This document shows, in pieces, positions 35,383 to 44,808 of a stretch of DNA of 64,000 nt. The stretch is taken from assembly GCA_964596245.1 (NCBI GenBank), contig CAZQSK010000005.1, positions 42-64,041 on the forward strand. The letters run 5' to 3'. Positions within the stretch are counted from its first letter, which is position 1. Each line of letters begins with the position of its first letter. The position numbers and the translations under genes were made by a program. The DNA comes from an uncultured Gammaproteobacteria bacterium. GTDB taxonomy: Bacteria; Patescibacteriota; Patescibacteriia; 2-12-FULL-60-25. The notes under the pieces were generated by a model, which was not told where the DNA came from, made no database searches, and saw only the letters and a list, made by a program, of their open reading frames with translations.

Positions 35383-35411
35383 TTGACGCCACCTATATCT
35401 ATTGTTAGAAT
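35383..35411 (+). promoter_or_regulatory. promoter TTGACG-17-TAGAAT upstream of rpoB (long leader)
   Basis: TTGACG 35383-35388 and TAGAAT 35406-35411. The rpoB ATG is ~275 nt downstream. Confidence 0.5.
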
Positions 35412-35510
35412 CAGCCCACAACAGTGCGATTTGACAGATGCTTTCCGAGCATCTATCGGACGGTTTCCGGACAACCGATCCAACATGAGCGACCAAACCC
35501 ACAATTGAAG

Positions 35511-35545
35511 CTCCTCCCGTAACCCCCGTTGGGAGGTGTTTTGAT
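35511..35545 (+). terminator. weak hairpin + U-tract in the rpoB leader (possible attenuator)
   Basis: ctcctccc...gggaggtg (6-7 bp, one mismatch, 12-nt loop), followed by 'ttttg'. Confidence 0.3.
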
Positions 35546-35686
35546 GTCTGAGTCGTTCCGTCATTCCACTGTCTTTTATCCATTTCAACCCTGCTGCGTT
35601 TCTGCTCGGTCACTGGCGCCATCGGCCGTCATGTCTCCGTTGCTAAGTCCCGTGCGGACGCAGAAAACAGGGTTCGCATCATCCCC

Positions 35687-38600
35687 ATGTCAGCGATGCA
35701 ATTCCGCCGCCAAGCTCCGAAAGAAGCTGAGCGACGCTATTTCACGGCCGCGCGCGACGCTATGGCGTTGCCCGACCTGATCGAGATCCAGAAGACCAGC
35801 TACCGCTGGTTCCTGGAAGAGGGTATCCGCGAGTTGCTTAAGGAGATTTCGCCGATCAAAGATTTTATCGGTCGTGATCTTGAATTGCACTTCGTCGATT
35901 ATTATTTCGACGAACCGAAGTTCGACGAAAAAACGTCGAAGGGCAAGAACGTCAACTACGAATCGCCGTTGCGCGTGAAGTTGAAGTTGATCAATCGCCG
36001 CACGAAAGCGGAAAAGGAATCCGAAGTGTATCTCGGTGACCTTCCGCTCATGACCGATCGCGGTACGTTCATCGTGAACGGTATTGAGCGTGTCGTCGTG
36101 TCGCAGCTCGTGCGCTCGGCCGGTGCCTTTTTCACCGCCGAAGCCATGCATGGACGCCGCTACTACGGCGCGAAAATCATTCCGAACCGCGGTGCGTGGT
36201 TGGAATTCGAAACCGACGGCAACAACGTGTTGTGGGTGAAGATCGATCGCAAGCGCAAAGTCGCCGCGACCGCGCTTTTGCGTGCCTTCGGTATCGGTTC
36301 AAGCGAAGACATTTCCAAATTGTTCACCGATGTCGACGTGCATCCGATGAACAAGTACATCGAAGCCACCTTGGCCAAGGACATCTCCACCAATGAGGAG
36401 GAGGGCTACATCGAAGTCTATAAGCGCATCCGCCCGGGTGATCTTGCGACGTCTGATAACGCCAAGTCGTTGATCCATTCGATGTTCTTTAACTTCGATC
36501 GTTATGACCTGGGTCCGGTCGGTCGTTACAAGTTCAACAAGCGTTTCGGTTTGACCACCGAGCACGCGATTATTTCGCAAGAAGAGAATCGCATTCTCAC
36601 TAAGGAAGACTTGATCCACATCTTGCGCGAGTTGATCCGCTTGAACGTGGCTCAGGAAGAACCGGATGACGTGGACCACTTGGGTAACCGTCGCGTGCGT
36701 GCCGTTGGCGAGCTCGTGCAGAGCCGTTTCCGCATCGGTCTCGCTCGTATGGAGCGCATCGTGAAGGATCGTATGTCCACGATGGACATCGACCAGCTCA
36801 ACCCGGCGAAGCTCATCAACGCCCGCCCGGTGATCGGCGCGGTGCGTGAATTCTTCATGAGCTCGCAGTTGTCGCAGTTCATGGATCAGACCAACCCGTT
36901 GTCCGAGCTCGAACACAAGCGCCGTTTGTCCGCGATGGGTCCGGGGGGCCTCACGCGTGAACGCGCCGGCTTCGACGTTCGTGACGTGCATCGCACGCAC
37001 TACGGCCGCATTTGTCCGATTGCTTCTCCGGAAGGTCCGAACATCGGTCTTGTGGGTCACTTGTCCTGTTACGCGCGCATCAACGACTACGGCTTCATCG
37101 AAGCTCCGTATCGTGCCGTGAAGAACTGGGCCAAGAACGACGGCAAGGACGCGGTGGGGGAGGTCTTGCGTGTCGATGTAACCGCCGGTGACGGCAAGGT
37201 CGTCGCCAAGGCAGGTGAAGAGGTTGATAAGAAGCTGGCCGAAAAGCTCGCCAAAGTTTCGATTGATAAATTGCCGGTAGTACCGAGCGTGTCCGGCGAG
37301 ATCGTGTACCTCAACGCCTTCACCGAAGAGCGTGGGACAACGGCTCCGGCCACCACTCCGATCGGTCGCGATGGAAAATTCCTCGTCGAACGTGCTGCCG
37401 CTCGTAAGAACGGAGAGCCGACGGTCGTAGACGTGCATGAGATCGACTATGTCGACGTCTCTTCGAAGCACATTCTTTCCATTGGTACGTCGTTGATTCC
37501 GTTCGTCGAACACGACGACGGTCACCGCGCGCTCATGGGAACGAACATGCAACGTCAGGCCGTTCCGTGTGTGAAGCCGGATGCCCCGATTGTCGGTACC
37601 GGTGTTGAACGCCGCGTCGCCGTGGACTCGGGTCACGCCGTGATCGCATCTGAAGACAGCGTGGTCGTGTCCGTTTCCGGTAAGCACGTCGAATTACAGT
37701 CTTTGGAAGACAAGAAGATTCGCCGTTATGATCTCGTAAAATTCTCGCGCTCCAACCACTCCACGTGTTTGAATCAGCGCCCGGTTGTATCAAAGGGCCA
37801 GAAAGTATTTGCCGGCGAAGTACTCGTCGACGGTACGTCGTGTGAACGCGGTGAACTCGCTCTCGGTCAGAACTTGCTTTGCACGTTCTTGTCTTGGGAT
37901 GGGTACAACTACGAAGACGCCATTATTCTGTCCGAGCGTCTCGTGCACGCCGATCGCTTCACCTCGATTCATATCGAGCATCATGTCATCGACGTGCGTG
38001 ACACCAAGCTTGGTCCGGAAGCCGTGACGAGCGACATTCCGAACGTGTCCGAAGAAAAGCTTCGCAACCTCGATGAGCACGGGATCGTGCGCATTGGTGC
38101 CGAAGTGAAGTCGGGCGACATTCTCGTGGGTAAGATCACGCCGAAGGGTGAAACGGATTTGTCCGCCGAAGAAAAACTCTTGCGCGCCATTTTCGGTGAA
38201 AAGGCCCGCGACGTGCGCGACAGCTCGTTGTACCTCGAGCACGGTGAGAAGGGTAAGGTCATCGACGTCAAAACGTTCTCGCGCGATGCCGGCGACAAGC
38301 TGCAGCCGGGCGTCTTGAAGCAGATCGTCGTCACCGTTGCCGATCTTCGTAAGATTCAGGTGGGCGACAAGCTCGCCGGTCGTCACGGGAACAAGGGTGT
38401 TATTTCGAAGATCGTGCCTGTCGCTGACATGCCGTTCTTGGAAGATGGCACGCCGGTCGACATTATTTTGTCACCGCTCGGTGTCGTGTCACGTATGAAC
38501 CTCGGCCAGATTCTCGAAACCCACTTGGGTCTCGCAGCCAACGCCTTGGGTTACATGGTGGCCACGCCTGTGTTCGACGGTGTTCCGGAAGACACGATTC

Positions 38601-39151
38601 GTGAAGAGTTGAAGAAGGCCGGCTTCCCGGAAGACGGCAAGATCGCGCTCTTCGATGGCCGTACCGGTGAACGCTACGACCACAATCCGACCGTGGGTTA
38701 CATCTACATGTTGAAGTTGAACCACATGGTGGAAGACAAGATTCACCAGCGCTCCATTGGTCCGTACTCGCTCATCACGCAGCAGCCGTTGGGTGGTAAG
38801 GCACAGTTCGGTGGTCAGCGCTTCGGTGAAATGGAAGTGTGGGCTCTTGAAGCTTACGGCGCCGCTCACACGCTTCAGGAAATCCTTACGATTAAGTCGG
38901 ACGACGTGCCTGGCCGTTCCAAGGCATACGAAGCGATCATCAAGGGCGAACCGATTCGCAAGGTCAACGTACCGGAATCCTTCCACGTGCTCGTGCGCGA
39001 ATTGAAGGGTCTTGGTCTCGACGTTGAATTGTTGAAGGACGGCAAGCGTCTCGAAGAATCAACCCCGCGTCCGGAACATTTCCGCAATCGCCCGGCTCTG
39101 ACGAATGCCGAAGACGATACGGAATGGGGTCCGCCGGCTGAACAATTCTAA
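35687..39151 (+). CDS. rpoB: DNA-directed RNA polymerase subunit beta
   Basis: 1154 aa with canonical RpoB blocks, e.g. 'GDLPLMTDRGTFIVNGIERVVVSQL', 'GNRRVRAVGEL' and 'RHGNKGVISKI'. Confidence 0.98.
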   Translation: MSAMQFRRQAPKEAERRYFTAARDAMALPDLIEIQKTSYRWFLEEGIRELLKEISPIKDFIGRDLELHFVDYYFDEPKFDEKTSKGKNVNYESPLRVKLKLINRRTKAEKESEVYLGDLPLMTDRGTFIVNGIERVVVSQLVRSAGAFFTAEAMHGRRYYGAKIIPNRGAWLEFETDGNNVLWVKIDRKRKVAATALLRAFGIGSSEDISKLFTDVDVHPMNKYIEATLAKDISTNEEEGYIEVYKRIRPGDLATSDNAKSLIHSMFFNFDRYDLGPVGRYKFNKRFGLTTEHAIISQEENRILTKEDLIHILRELIRLNVAQEEPDDVDHLGNRRVRAVGELVQSRFRIGLARMERIVKDRMSTMDIDQLNPAKLINARPVIGAVREFFMSSQLSQFMDQTNPLSELEHKRRLSAMGPGGLTRERAGFDVRDVHRTHYGRICPIASPEGPNIGLVGHLSCYARINDYGFIEAPYRAVKNWAKNDGKDAVGEVLRVDVTAGDGKVVAKAGEEVDKKLAEKLAKVSIDKLPVVPSVSGEIVYLNAFTEERGTTAPATTPIGRDGKFLVERAAARKNGEPTVVDVHEIDYVDVSSKHILSIGTSLIPFVEHDDGHRALMGTNMQRQAVPCVKPDAPIVGTGVERRVAVDSGHAVIASEDSVVVSVSGKHVELQSLEDKKIRRYDLVKFSRSNHSTCLNQRPVVSKGQKVFAGEVLVDGTSCERGELALGQNLLCTFLSWDGYNYEDAIILSERLVHADRFTSIHIEHHVIDVRDTKLGPEAVTSDIPNVSEEKLRNLDEHGIVRIGAEVKSGDILVGKITPKGETDLSAEEKLLRAIFGEKARDVRDSSLYLEHGEKGKVIDVKTFSRDAGDKLQPGVLKQIVVTVADLRKIQVGDKLAGRHGNKGVISKIVPVADMPFLEDGTPVDIILSPLGVVSRMNLGQILETHLGLAANALGYMVATPVFDGVPEDTIREELKKAGFPEDGKIALFDGRTGERYDHNPTVGYIYMLKLNHMVEDKIHQRSIGPYSLITQQPLGGKAQFGGQRFGEMEVWALEAYGAAHTLQEILTIKSDDVPGRSKAYEAIIKGEPIRKVNVPESFHVLVRELKGLGLDVELLKDGKRLEESTPRPEHFRNRPALTNAEDDTEWGPPAEQF

Positions 39152-39172
39152 TCAACCTCACACGCAACCATT

Positions 39173-42100
39173 ATGGCGTTTTTCCACACGGAGAACATCA
39201 AGTCCACGGACTTCGACTCCATCCGCCTCAAAGTCGCGTCACCTGAGGTGATTCGCGCTTGGTCCTACGGCGAAGTTACGAAGCCGGAAACGATCAACTA
39301 CCGCACGCAGAAGCCGGAAAAGTCCGGTCTGTTTGCCGAAGAAATTTTCGGTCCGTCAAAAGACTGGGAATGTTATTGCGGCAAGTATAAGAAGATCCGC
39401 TTCAAGGGAATTATCTGTGACAAGTGTGGCGTCGAAGTGACGCACTCGCTTGTTCGCCGTGAGCGCATGGGCCACATCGAGTTGGCCGCGCCGGTGGCTC
39501 ACATTTGGTTCTTGCGTTCCGTGCCGTCGAAGATCGGTACGGTGCTCGACATGTCCATCCAGTCGATGGAAAAGGTGATTTACTTCACCGCCTTCATCAT
39601 CACGCATGTTGATGAGGACTTGCGCGTGCAGACCGTCGAGCAGGTACGCACGGAATATAAGGGTAAGAAGAAGGCCATCGAATCCGAATCCGAACGTGAG
39701 CGCGAGCGCATCCAGAAAACCTCGGAAGAGAAGAACTGGAAGAACGAGCAGCTTCAGAAGGAATTGGATAAGGCCGAAGGCAACAAGGAACGCCGCTTGA
39801 ACGAACTTGAGGCTGATTTTGATCAGGCCGAGAAGGAGCTCAAGGACTTGAAGCCGATGAAGATCATCTCGGAAGCCGAGTACCATGATCTTTCATTGAA
39901 GTTCGGTCATCTCTTCGAAGCTCGCATCGGTGCCGAAGCTATTCTCGAATTGCTTCGCAAGATCGACGTCGAGGCCACGATGAAGGCTATTCAGGGCGAA
40001 TTGAAGGGCGCCTCCGAAGCCAAGCATGACCGCTTGGTGCGCCGCTTGAAGCTCTTGAAGTCATTGCACGTCAACAAGCTTGATCCGACCTGGATGATCA
40101 CGCAGGCCCTCCCGGTGATCCCGCCGGACTTGCGTCCGATGGTGGCTCTCGACGGTGGACGCTTTGCAACCTCCGACTTGAACGACCTCTATCGCCGCGT
40201 CATTAACCGCAACAACCGTTTGAAGCGTTTGATCGAGTTGCATGCTCCGGAAGTTATCGTGCGTAACGAAAAGCGCATGTTGCAGGAAGCCGTGGACTCG
40301 TTGATCGACAACAGCGCCCGCGCCTCCAAGACCGTGATCGCCGCAACCGGCAAAAAGCGCCAGTTAAAGTCGCTCGCCGACATCTTGAAGGGCAAGCAGG
40401 GACGCTTCCGACAGAACTTGCTCGGTAAGCGTATCGACTACTCCGGTCGTTCCGTGATCGTCGTTGGTCCGACGCTTGAGCTTCACCAGTGTGGTTTGCC
40501 GAAGACCATGGCGTTGGAACTCTTCAAGCCGTTTATCATCTCGGAACTCATCAAGCGTGAATTGGTTCACAACATTCGTTCCGCGAACCGCTACATCGAA
40601 GCCGACCATGCCGAAGTTTGGGACATTCTTGAACGCATTGCGGAAGACTCCGTCGTGCTCTTGAACCGCGCTCCGACGCTTCACCGTCTCGGTATTCAGG
40701 GGTTCCAGCCGAAGCTGATCGAAGGCAAGGCCATTCAGGTTCATCCGATGGTCTGTCCCGCCTTTAACGCCGACTTCGACGGTGACCAGATGGCCGTTCA
40801 CATTCCGCTGACTGAGGAAGCCCGTTGGGAAGCCAAGAACTTGATGCTTTCCACCAAGAACTTGCTCAAGCCTGCTACCGGTTTCCCGGTGGCCAAACCG
40901 GACAAGGACATTGCTTGGGGTTGTTACTACATGACGAGCTTGGTCGAACCGAAAGAAGGTCCGGTCAAAGTGCTCGGCAGCTTGAAGGAAGCTTCCTATC
41001 TCTTCGAGATCGGCAAGCTCGCCATCAATGAAAAGATCAAAGCCCGCGTGAAGGAGGGTGGCCCGATTGTCGAAACGTCGGTCGGTCGTCTCATCTTGAA
41101 CGAACTCTTCCCGAAGGAAATCGGCTTCCGCAACGAAGTCATCGGAACCAAGCAGCTCGGCGAAATCGTGCGTACCACGATCGAGTTGCGCGGCTTCGAG
41201 CGCACCGCGCGCTTCCTCGACGAAGTGAAGAACATGGGTTTCTACTACATCACCAAGTCCGGTTACAGCTACGGCATGGGTGACTTGCCGAAAGTCGCCA
41301 AGCACAAGCTGCTTGAGGAAGGTGAAGGTCGCACGCTTGAGATTGAAGAACAGTATAAGGAGGGATTGCTCACCAAGAAGGAGCGTTACAACCAAATCAT
41401 CCGCACGTGGTCGGATGTGAAGGATCAGATTCAGAAGTTGTCGCGCGAATCGCTCGACAAGCAGGGCGCCGTGTTCTCGATGATTGACTCCGGAGCCCGT
41501 GGTTCCGTCGGTCAGCTGACGAACGTGGTCGGTATGAAGGGTCTTGTGTCCTCTCCGTCGGGTGAAATTATCGAGCTTCCGATTAAGTCCTCGCTGCGCG
41601 AAGGCTTGGACGTGCTCGAGTACTTCATCGCTTCGCACGGTGCGCGTAAGGGTTTGACCGACACCGCTCTGCGTACGGCCAACGCCGGTTACCTCACGCG
41701 TCGTCTCGTGGACGTGGCCCAGGACGTCATTATTCAGGTGGAGGATTGTGGCGACGCCGAGGGTGTGACGCTCACCGCTGCCGAGTGTGATGAAATCGGT
41801 GAACCGATTATGACGCGTTTGCTCGGTCGCTTCCTTGTGAAGGACTTGAAGGACGCGGAAACCAAGGAAACGTTGGTGAAGAAGGGCACGTTGATCAACG
41901 AAGATCAGGTACGCGATCTCGCCAAGCACAAGATTGACTCAGCCGTCGTGCGATCGGTGCTTACGTGTAAGCTCCCGCGCGGTCTGTGTCAGAAGTGCTA
42001 CGGCTATGACCTCGCATACAACCAGCTCGTGAAAATGGGTACGGCTGTCGGTATCATGGCCGCCCAGTCGATCGGTGAACCGGGTACTCAGCTCACCATG

Positions 42101-43135
42101 CGTACCTTCCACTCCGGTGGTGTGGCCGCAGCCGACATTACGCAGGGTTTGCCGCGCGTCGAAGAATTGTTCGAAGCGCGCATGCCGAAGCGCAAGGCGT
42201 TGTTCGCCGAAGTGTCCGGTAAGGTGAAGTTGGTCGAAGGGGAGAAGCGCGTCATCCAGGCGCCGACCGGTGAAAAGGTTGTTGATTCGACCTCGTTGCG
42301 CGTCATTCATATTCACTACACGGGCGTGAAGGAAGATGAGTTCAGCTTCCTCAAGAAGGACCAGGTGAAGGTGGAAGACGGTCAGAAGGTGAAGGAGGGT
42401 CAGATGTTGATCATGCGCGCATCCGGCGAAGAGGTGATTGCCTCGCATCCGGGTACCGTGAAGGTCGATAAGAACTCGGTCACGCTCGTTTACAGCGCCC
42501 CGTCGGTGGTTGAGCAGGAGATCCCTGCCGGCTACTCGGTGCTCGTGAAGGACGGAGCCGAAGTCGAAGCCGGTGACGTGTTGACCGAAGGTCAGTACGA
42601 CTTGCAGGAGTTGTTCCGCTTGAAGGGCCACGACGCCGTCATGCGCTATCTCTTGCGCGAAGTGCTCGCCATTTACGCGTCGCAGGGTCAGAAGCTTAAC
42701 GCCAAGCACATCGAAGTGATCGTGCGTCAGATGTTCTCGCGCGTGTACGTGAAGGACGCGGGTGACACGGACTTGCTTCCGGGTCAGATCGTGGACCGCT
42801 ACCGCGCCGAAGAAGACAACCGCCGCATCGAGGCGAAGGGTAAAGCCTTGCCGTCCACGTTCGCGCCGTTGTTCATGGGTATCACCAAGGTCGCGCTTTC
42901 AACCGAATCGTTCTTGTCCGCCGCTTCCTTTATGGAAACGGCCCGCGTGCTCATCAACGCCGCGGTCACGGGTAAGATCGACCGTCTCGAAGGCTTGAAG
43001 GAAAACGTGATCATTGGTCGTCTCACCCCGTCGGGTACCGGTTTCGGAGTTGATCTGAACGGACCGCAGGTGGAGGAAGGGCCGAAGATCAAGGAACGCG
43101 AAGAGCAGAAGGAAGAAGAAAAGTCCGAGGCCTAA
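39173..43135 (+). CDS. rpoC: DNA-directed RNA polymerase subunit beta'
   Basis: 1320 aa. Zn-finger 'CYCGKYKKIRFKGIICDKCGVEV' and catalytic 'NADFDGDQMAVH'. Confidence 0.98.
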   Translation: MAFFHTENIKSTDFDSIRLKVASPEVIRAWSYGEVTKPETINYRTQKPEKSGLFAEEIFGPSKDWECYCGKYKKIRFKGIICDKCGVEVTHSLVRRERMGHIELAAPVAHIWFLRSVPSKIGTVLDMSIQSMEKVIYFTAFIITHVDEDLRVQTVEQVRTEYKGKKKAIESESERERERIQKTSEEKNWKNEQLQKELDKAEGNKERRLNELEADFDQAEKELKDLKPMKIISEAEYHDLSLKFGHLFEARIGAEAILELLRKIDVEATMKAIQGELKGASEAKHDRLVRRLKLLKSLHVNKLDPTWMITQALPVIPPDLRPMVALDGGRFATSDLNDLYRRVINRNNRLKRLIELHAPEVIVRNEKRMLQEAVDSLIDNSARASKTVIAATGKKRQLKSLADILKGKQGRFRQNLLGKRIDYSGRSVIVVGPTLELHQCGLPKTMALELFKPFIISELIKRELVHNIRSANRYIEADHAEVWDILERIAEDSVVLLNRAPTLHRLGIQGFQPKLIEGKAIQVHPMVCPAFNADFDGDQMAVHIPLTEEARWEAKNLMLSTKNLLKPATGFPVAKPDKDIAWGCYYMTSLVEPKEGPVKVLGSLKEASYLFEIGKLAINEKIKARVKEGGPIVETSVGRLILNELFPKEIGFRNEVIGTKQLGEIVRTTIELRGFERTARFLDEVKNMGFYYITKSGYSYGMGDLPKVAKHKLLEEGEGRTLEIEEQYKEGLLTKKERYNQIIRTWSDVKDQIQKLSRESLDKQGAVFSMIDSGARGSVGQLTNVVGMKGLVSSPSGEIIELPIKSSLREGLDVLEYFIASHGARKGLTDTALRTANAGYLTRRLVDVAQDVIIQVEDCGDAEGVTLTAAECDEIGEPIMTRLLGRFLVKDLKDAETKETLVKKGTLINEDQVRDLAKHKIDSAVVRSVLTCKLPRGLCQKCYGYDLAYNQLVKMGTAVGIMAAQSIGEPGTQLTMRTFHSGGVAAADITQGLPRVEELFEARMPKRKALFAEVSGKVKLVEGEKRVIQAPTGEKVVDSTSLRVIHIHYTGVKEDEFSFLKKDQVKVEDGQKVKEGQMLIMRASGEEVIASHPGTVKVDKNSVTLVYSAPSVVEQEIPAGYSVLVKDGAEVEAGDVLTEGQYDLQELFRLKGHDAVMRYLLREVLAIYASQGQKLNAKHIEVIVRQMFSRVYVKDAGDTDLLPGQIVDRYRAEEDNRRIEAKGKALPSTFAPLFMGITKVALSTESFLSAASFMETARVLINAAVTGKIDRLEGLKENVIIGRLTPSGTGFGVDLNGPQVEEGPKIKEREEQKEEEKSEA

Positions 43136-43146
43136 TGGCTAAACAA

Positions 43147-43171
43147 AAAGCTCCCTTCGGGGAGCTTTTTT
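43147..43171 (+). terminator. rho-independent terminator of rpoBC
   Basis: gctccc-ttcg-gggagc (43150-43165) followed by tttttt. Confidence 0.85.
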
Positions 43172-43172
43172 G

Positions 43173-43212
43173 GTATGAAAAAAGAGCCAGTTGGCTCTTG
43201 TGAGGGTGCCTC
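43173..43212 (-). terminator. repeat copy 1: 3'-UTR + rho-independent terminator shared by the twin cassettes
   Basis: 'gtatgaaaaaagagccagttggctcttgtgag' (32 nt) is identical to 43681-43712. The minus strand reads aagagcca-ac-tggctcttttttcatac directly after the stop of 43212-43622. Confidence 0.8.
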
Positions 43213-43622
43213 TACATGCTCAGAGGGATATCGACGAGACCGACGATGAAGTAAACAAGATTGTACTTCCGTTCGTTGAGTGGCCTCGTTCGTGGTCCGT
43301 AGACCGCCAGTACGGAGTAGCCGTCTTTCTCGAGCCGCTCCTTGAGCGCGAGCGCACGCCCGACGAGAATGGGGAGTTTGGGCCAATTTATCCCCTCGAT
43401 CATCCTTATCGGCTCGACCAAGCGCTTGTTGCTCGATCGTATGGTGCCGATCACATAGAAGAAGGATGTCCCATCCCTCATCTGTTTTCTCGCTTTGCGG
43501 TACCAGTACTCGACCCAGGTCGCATCGTCACCGGACCTATGTTGCCAGGGGTTTAGTTTCGTATCTGCTGCGATCTGATCTAGCACGCGACAGAATGTTT
43601 CGTGGGCCTGGTGCTTGCGCAT
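43212..43622 (-). CDS. hypothetical protein (136 aa), ORFan cassette A
   Basis: 'GAGGAGGTGAGG' lies immediately upstream of ATG 43622 (the track start, GTG 43628, lies inside the SD). 'MRKHQAHETFCRVLDQIAADTKLNPWQ...'. No motif recognised. Confidence 0.65.
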   Translation of the reverse strand: MRKHQAHETFCRVLDQIAADTKLNPWQHRSGDDATWVEYWYRKARKQMRDGTSFFYVIGTIRSSNKRLVEPIRMIEGINWPKLPILVGRALALKERLEKDGYSVLAVYGPRTRPLNERKYNLVYFIVGLVDIPLSM

Positions 43623-43641
43623 CCTCACCTCCTCGCGCCCC

Positions 43642-43672
43642 TACTTAGCGCATGAAACATGGGTTTTGTCAA
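43642..43672 (-). promoter_or_regulatory. promoter TTGACAAAACCC..GCTAAGTA (cassette A)
   Basis: Minus strand reads TTGACA (43672-43667), a 19-nt spacer, then TAAGTA (43647-43642). 26 of 31 nt are identical to the cassette B promoter. Confidence 0.5.
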
Positions 43673-43680
43673 TCCCTCGA

Positions 43681-43720
43681 GTATGAAAAAAGAGCCAGTT
43701 GGCTCTTGTGAGAACGCCTC
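43681..43720 (-). terminator. repeat copy 2: 3'-UTR + rho-independent terminator shared by the twin cassettes
   Basis: Same 32-mer as 43173-43204. It follows the stop of 43719-44180 on the minus strand. Confidence 0.8.
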
Positions 43721-44180
43721 ACCAGGAGGCAATGATCTCCACCCACTCCTTGGGCTCACCATCCGGTGATCCCCAGAGCGGGGATTGGAGGTTCGGATGA
43801 ACCACCGGCGCCTCATCCCGGAACATGCACTTGTTTGGGTCCGGAGCGAAGCGGCGGAACTGCTTCACCCCAAAACCGTTGATGACGAGGATGGGGGCAA
43901 GCATGAAAGCTTCGCCGCACAAGCTGTAGAACGCTGGGATGCCTTCGACTTCGACTGTGGTTTCGCACAGTGTGCGGTCGCGGCAGTCGATGCGGACGAA
44001 CGAGGCGGCCCTCTGGTTGAGTTCAGCCGCAAGTCTAAAGCGCGGCTTCTGCTCATCGAGGAAGGTTTGTGCCGCATGAAGGGCGCTGAGTGAAGGCCTC
44101 CTCTCGACCCTTCGCTCATTTCTGCGAGCTACCCGCTCGCTGATCTCCATCAGCTCCCAAATGAACTGCTTGTCTATCAT
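43719..44180 (-). CDS. hypothetical protein (153 aa), ORFan cassette B
   Basis: 'GGGGAGGAAGCG' lies upstream of ATG 44180 ('MIDKQFIWELMEISERVARRNE...'). The ATG at 44198 sits about where transcription should start. No motif recognised. Confidence 0.65.
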   Translation of the reverse strand: MIDKQFIWELMEISERVARRNERRVERRPSLSALHAAQTFLDEQKPRFRLAAELNQRAASFVRIDCRDRTLCETTVEVEGIPAFYSLCGEAFMLAPILVINGFGVKQFRRFAPDPNKCMFRDEAPVVHPNLQSPLWGSPDGEPKEWVEIIASW

Positions 44181-44201
44181 CGCTTCCTCCCCTTGCATCG
44201 T

Positions 44202-44232
44202 TACTTAGCCCAGAAAACAGGGATTTTGTCAA
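44202..44232 (-). promoter_or_regulatory. promoter TTGACAAAATCC..GCTAAGTA (cassette B)
   Basis: Minus strand reads TTGACA (44232-44227), a 19-nt spacer, then TAAGTA (44207-44202). Confidence 0.5.
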
Positions 44233-44253
44233 CCCTTATGCTACGCTTTGGTC

Positions 44254-44736
44254 ATGCGCGTATTGGGCATTGATCCAGGCTTTGATCGCACCGGTTGGGG
44301 CGTGATTGAAGACACCGGCGGCAAGCTTTTGTATGTGGCGTGCGGTTGCATTCAGACTTCGACGGACGATTCTTATCAAAAACGCTTGCAGGCCGTGCGC
44401 GACGGTATTCGGGATTTGATCGTCGAGCATGCGCCGCAGGCGGTTGCGATTGAGCAGCTCTTTTTCCAAACCAATGCCAAAACCGCCATCAAAGTCGGTA
44501 TGGCCAGGGGAGTGGCTGTGCTTGCGATTGCTGATGCCGGGCTTCCGATCGTGGAGCCAACCCCCAATCAGGTGAAATCAGGAACCACAGGGCAGGGAAA
44601 TGCCGACAAAAAGCAGGTCCAGGATATGGTCGTACGTCTCCTAAAATTGAAGGCCGTTCCCAAGCCCGATGACGCCGCCGATGCCCTGGCAATCGCTATC
44701 GTTGGCTCGACCATGCGCGGCCGGGCAAACCCTTGA
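44254..44736 (+). CDS. ruvC: crossover junction endodeoxyribonuclease RuvC
   Basis: Contains 'MRVLGIDPGFDRTGWGVIE' and 'DAADALAIAI'. The track start is TTG 44248. Confidence 0.93.
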   Translation: MRVLGIDPGFDRTGWGVIEDTGGKLLYVACGCIQTSTDDSYQKRLQAVRDGIRDLIVEHAPQAVAIEQLFFQTNAKTAIKVGMARGVAVLAIADAGLPIVEPTPNQVKSGTTGQGNADKKQVQDMVVRLLKLKAVPKPDDAADALAIAIVGSTMRGRANP

Positions 44737-44743
44737 TTTTCTC

Positions 44744-44772
44744 TTGTAGGTTCTGCGGAAAATGGGTAGAAT
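44744..44772 (+). promoter_or_regulatory. promoter TTGTAG-17-TAGAAT
   Basis: TTGTAG 44744-44749 and TAGAAT 44767-44772, upstream of the MBL-fold gene. Confidence 0.5.
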
Positions 44773-44808
44773 AGGCCCATTGAAAGACTCTGATTTCTTG
44801 GCTCTATT

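Noticed and set aside
35236-35508. 90-aa ORF (TTG start) in the rpoB upstream region
   Set aside because: It is AT-rich with a non-ATG start and no SD, and it spans the predicted rpoB promoter. It is most likely non-coding.
36299-37687. 462-aa ORF antisense to rpoB (and 40364-41929 antisense to rpoC; 37790-38386, 41939-42709)
   Set aside because: The sense frames encode unmistakable RpoB and RpoC. The antisense translations have no recognisable motifs.
43173-43720. CRISPR array or integron attC interpretation of the duplicated 32-mer
   Set aside because: There are only two copies, about 0.5 kb apart, and each is a hairpin + U-run directly after a stop codon. I found no cas genes, no integrase and no GTTRRRY core sites, so I interpret them as duplicated terminators. 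No CRISPR-like array exists elsewhere in the window.
44226-44256. Using the TTGTCA at 44226 as a plus-strand promoter for ruvC
   Set aside because: No acceptable -10 hexamer lies at 16-19 nt spacing on the plus strand. The motif fits the minus-strand cassette B promoter instead, so the ruvC promoter remains unidentified.
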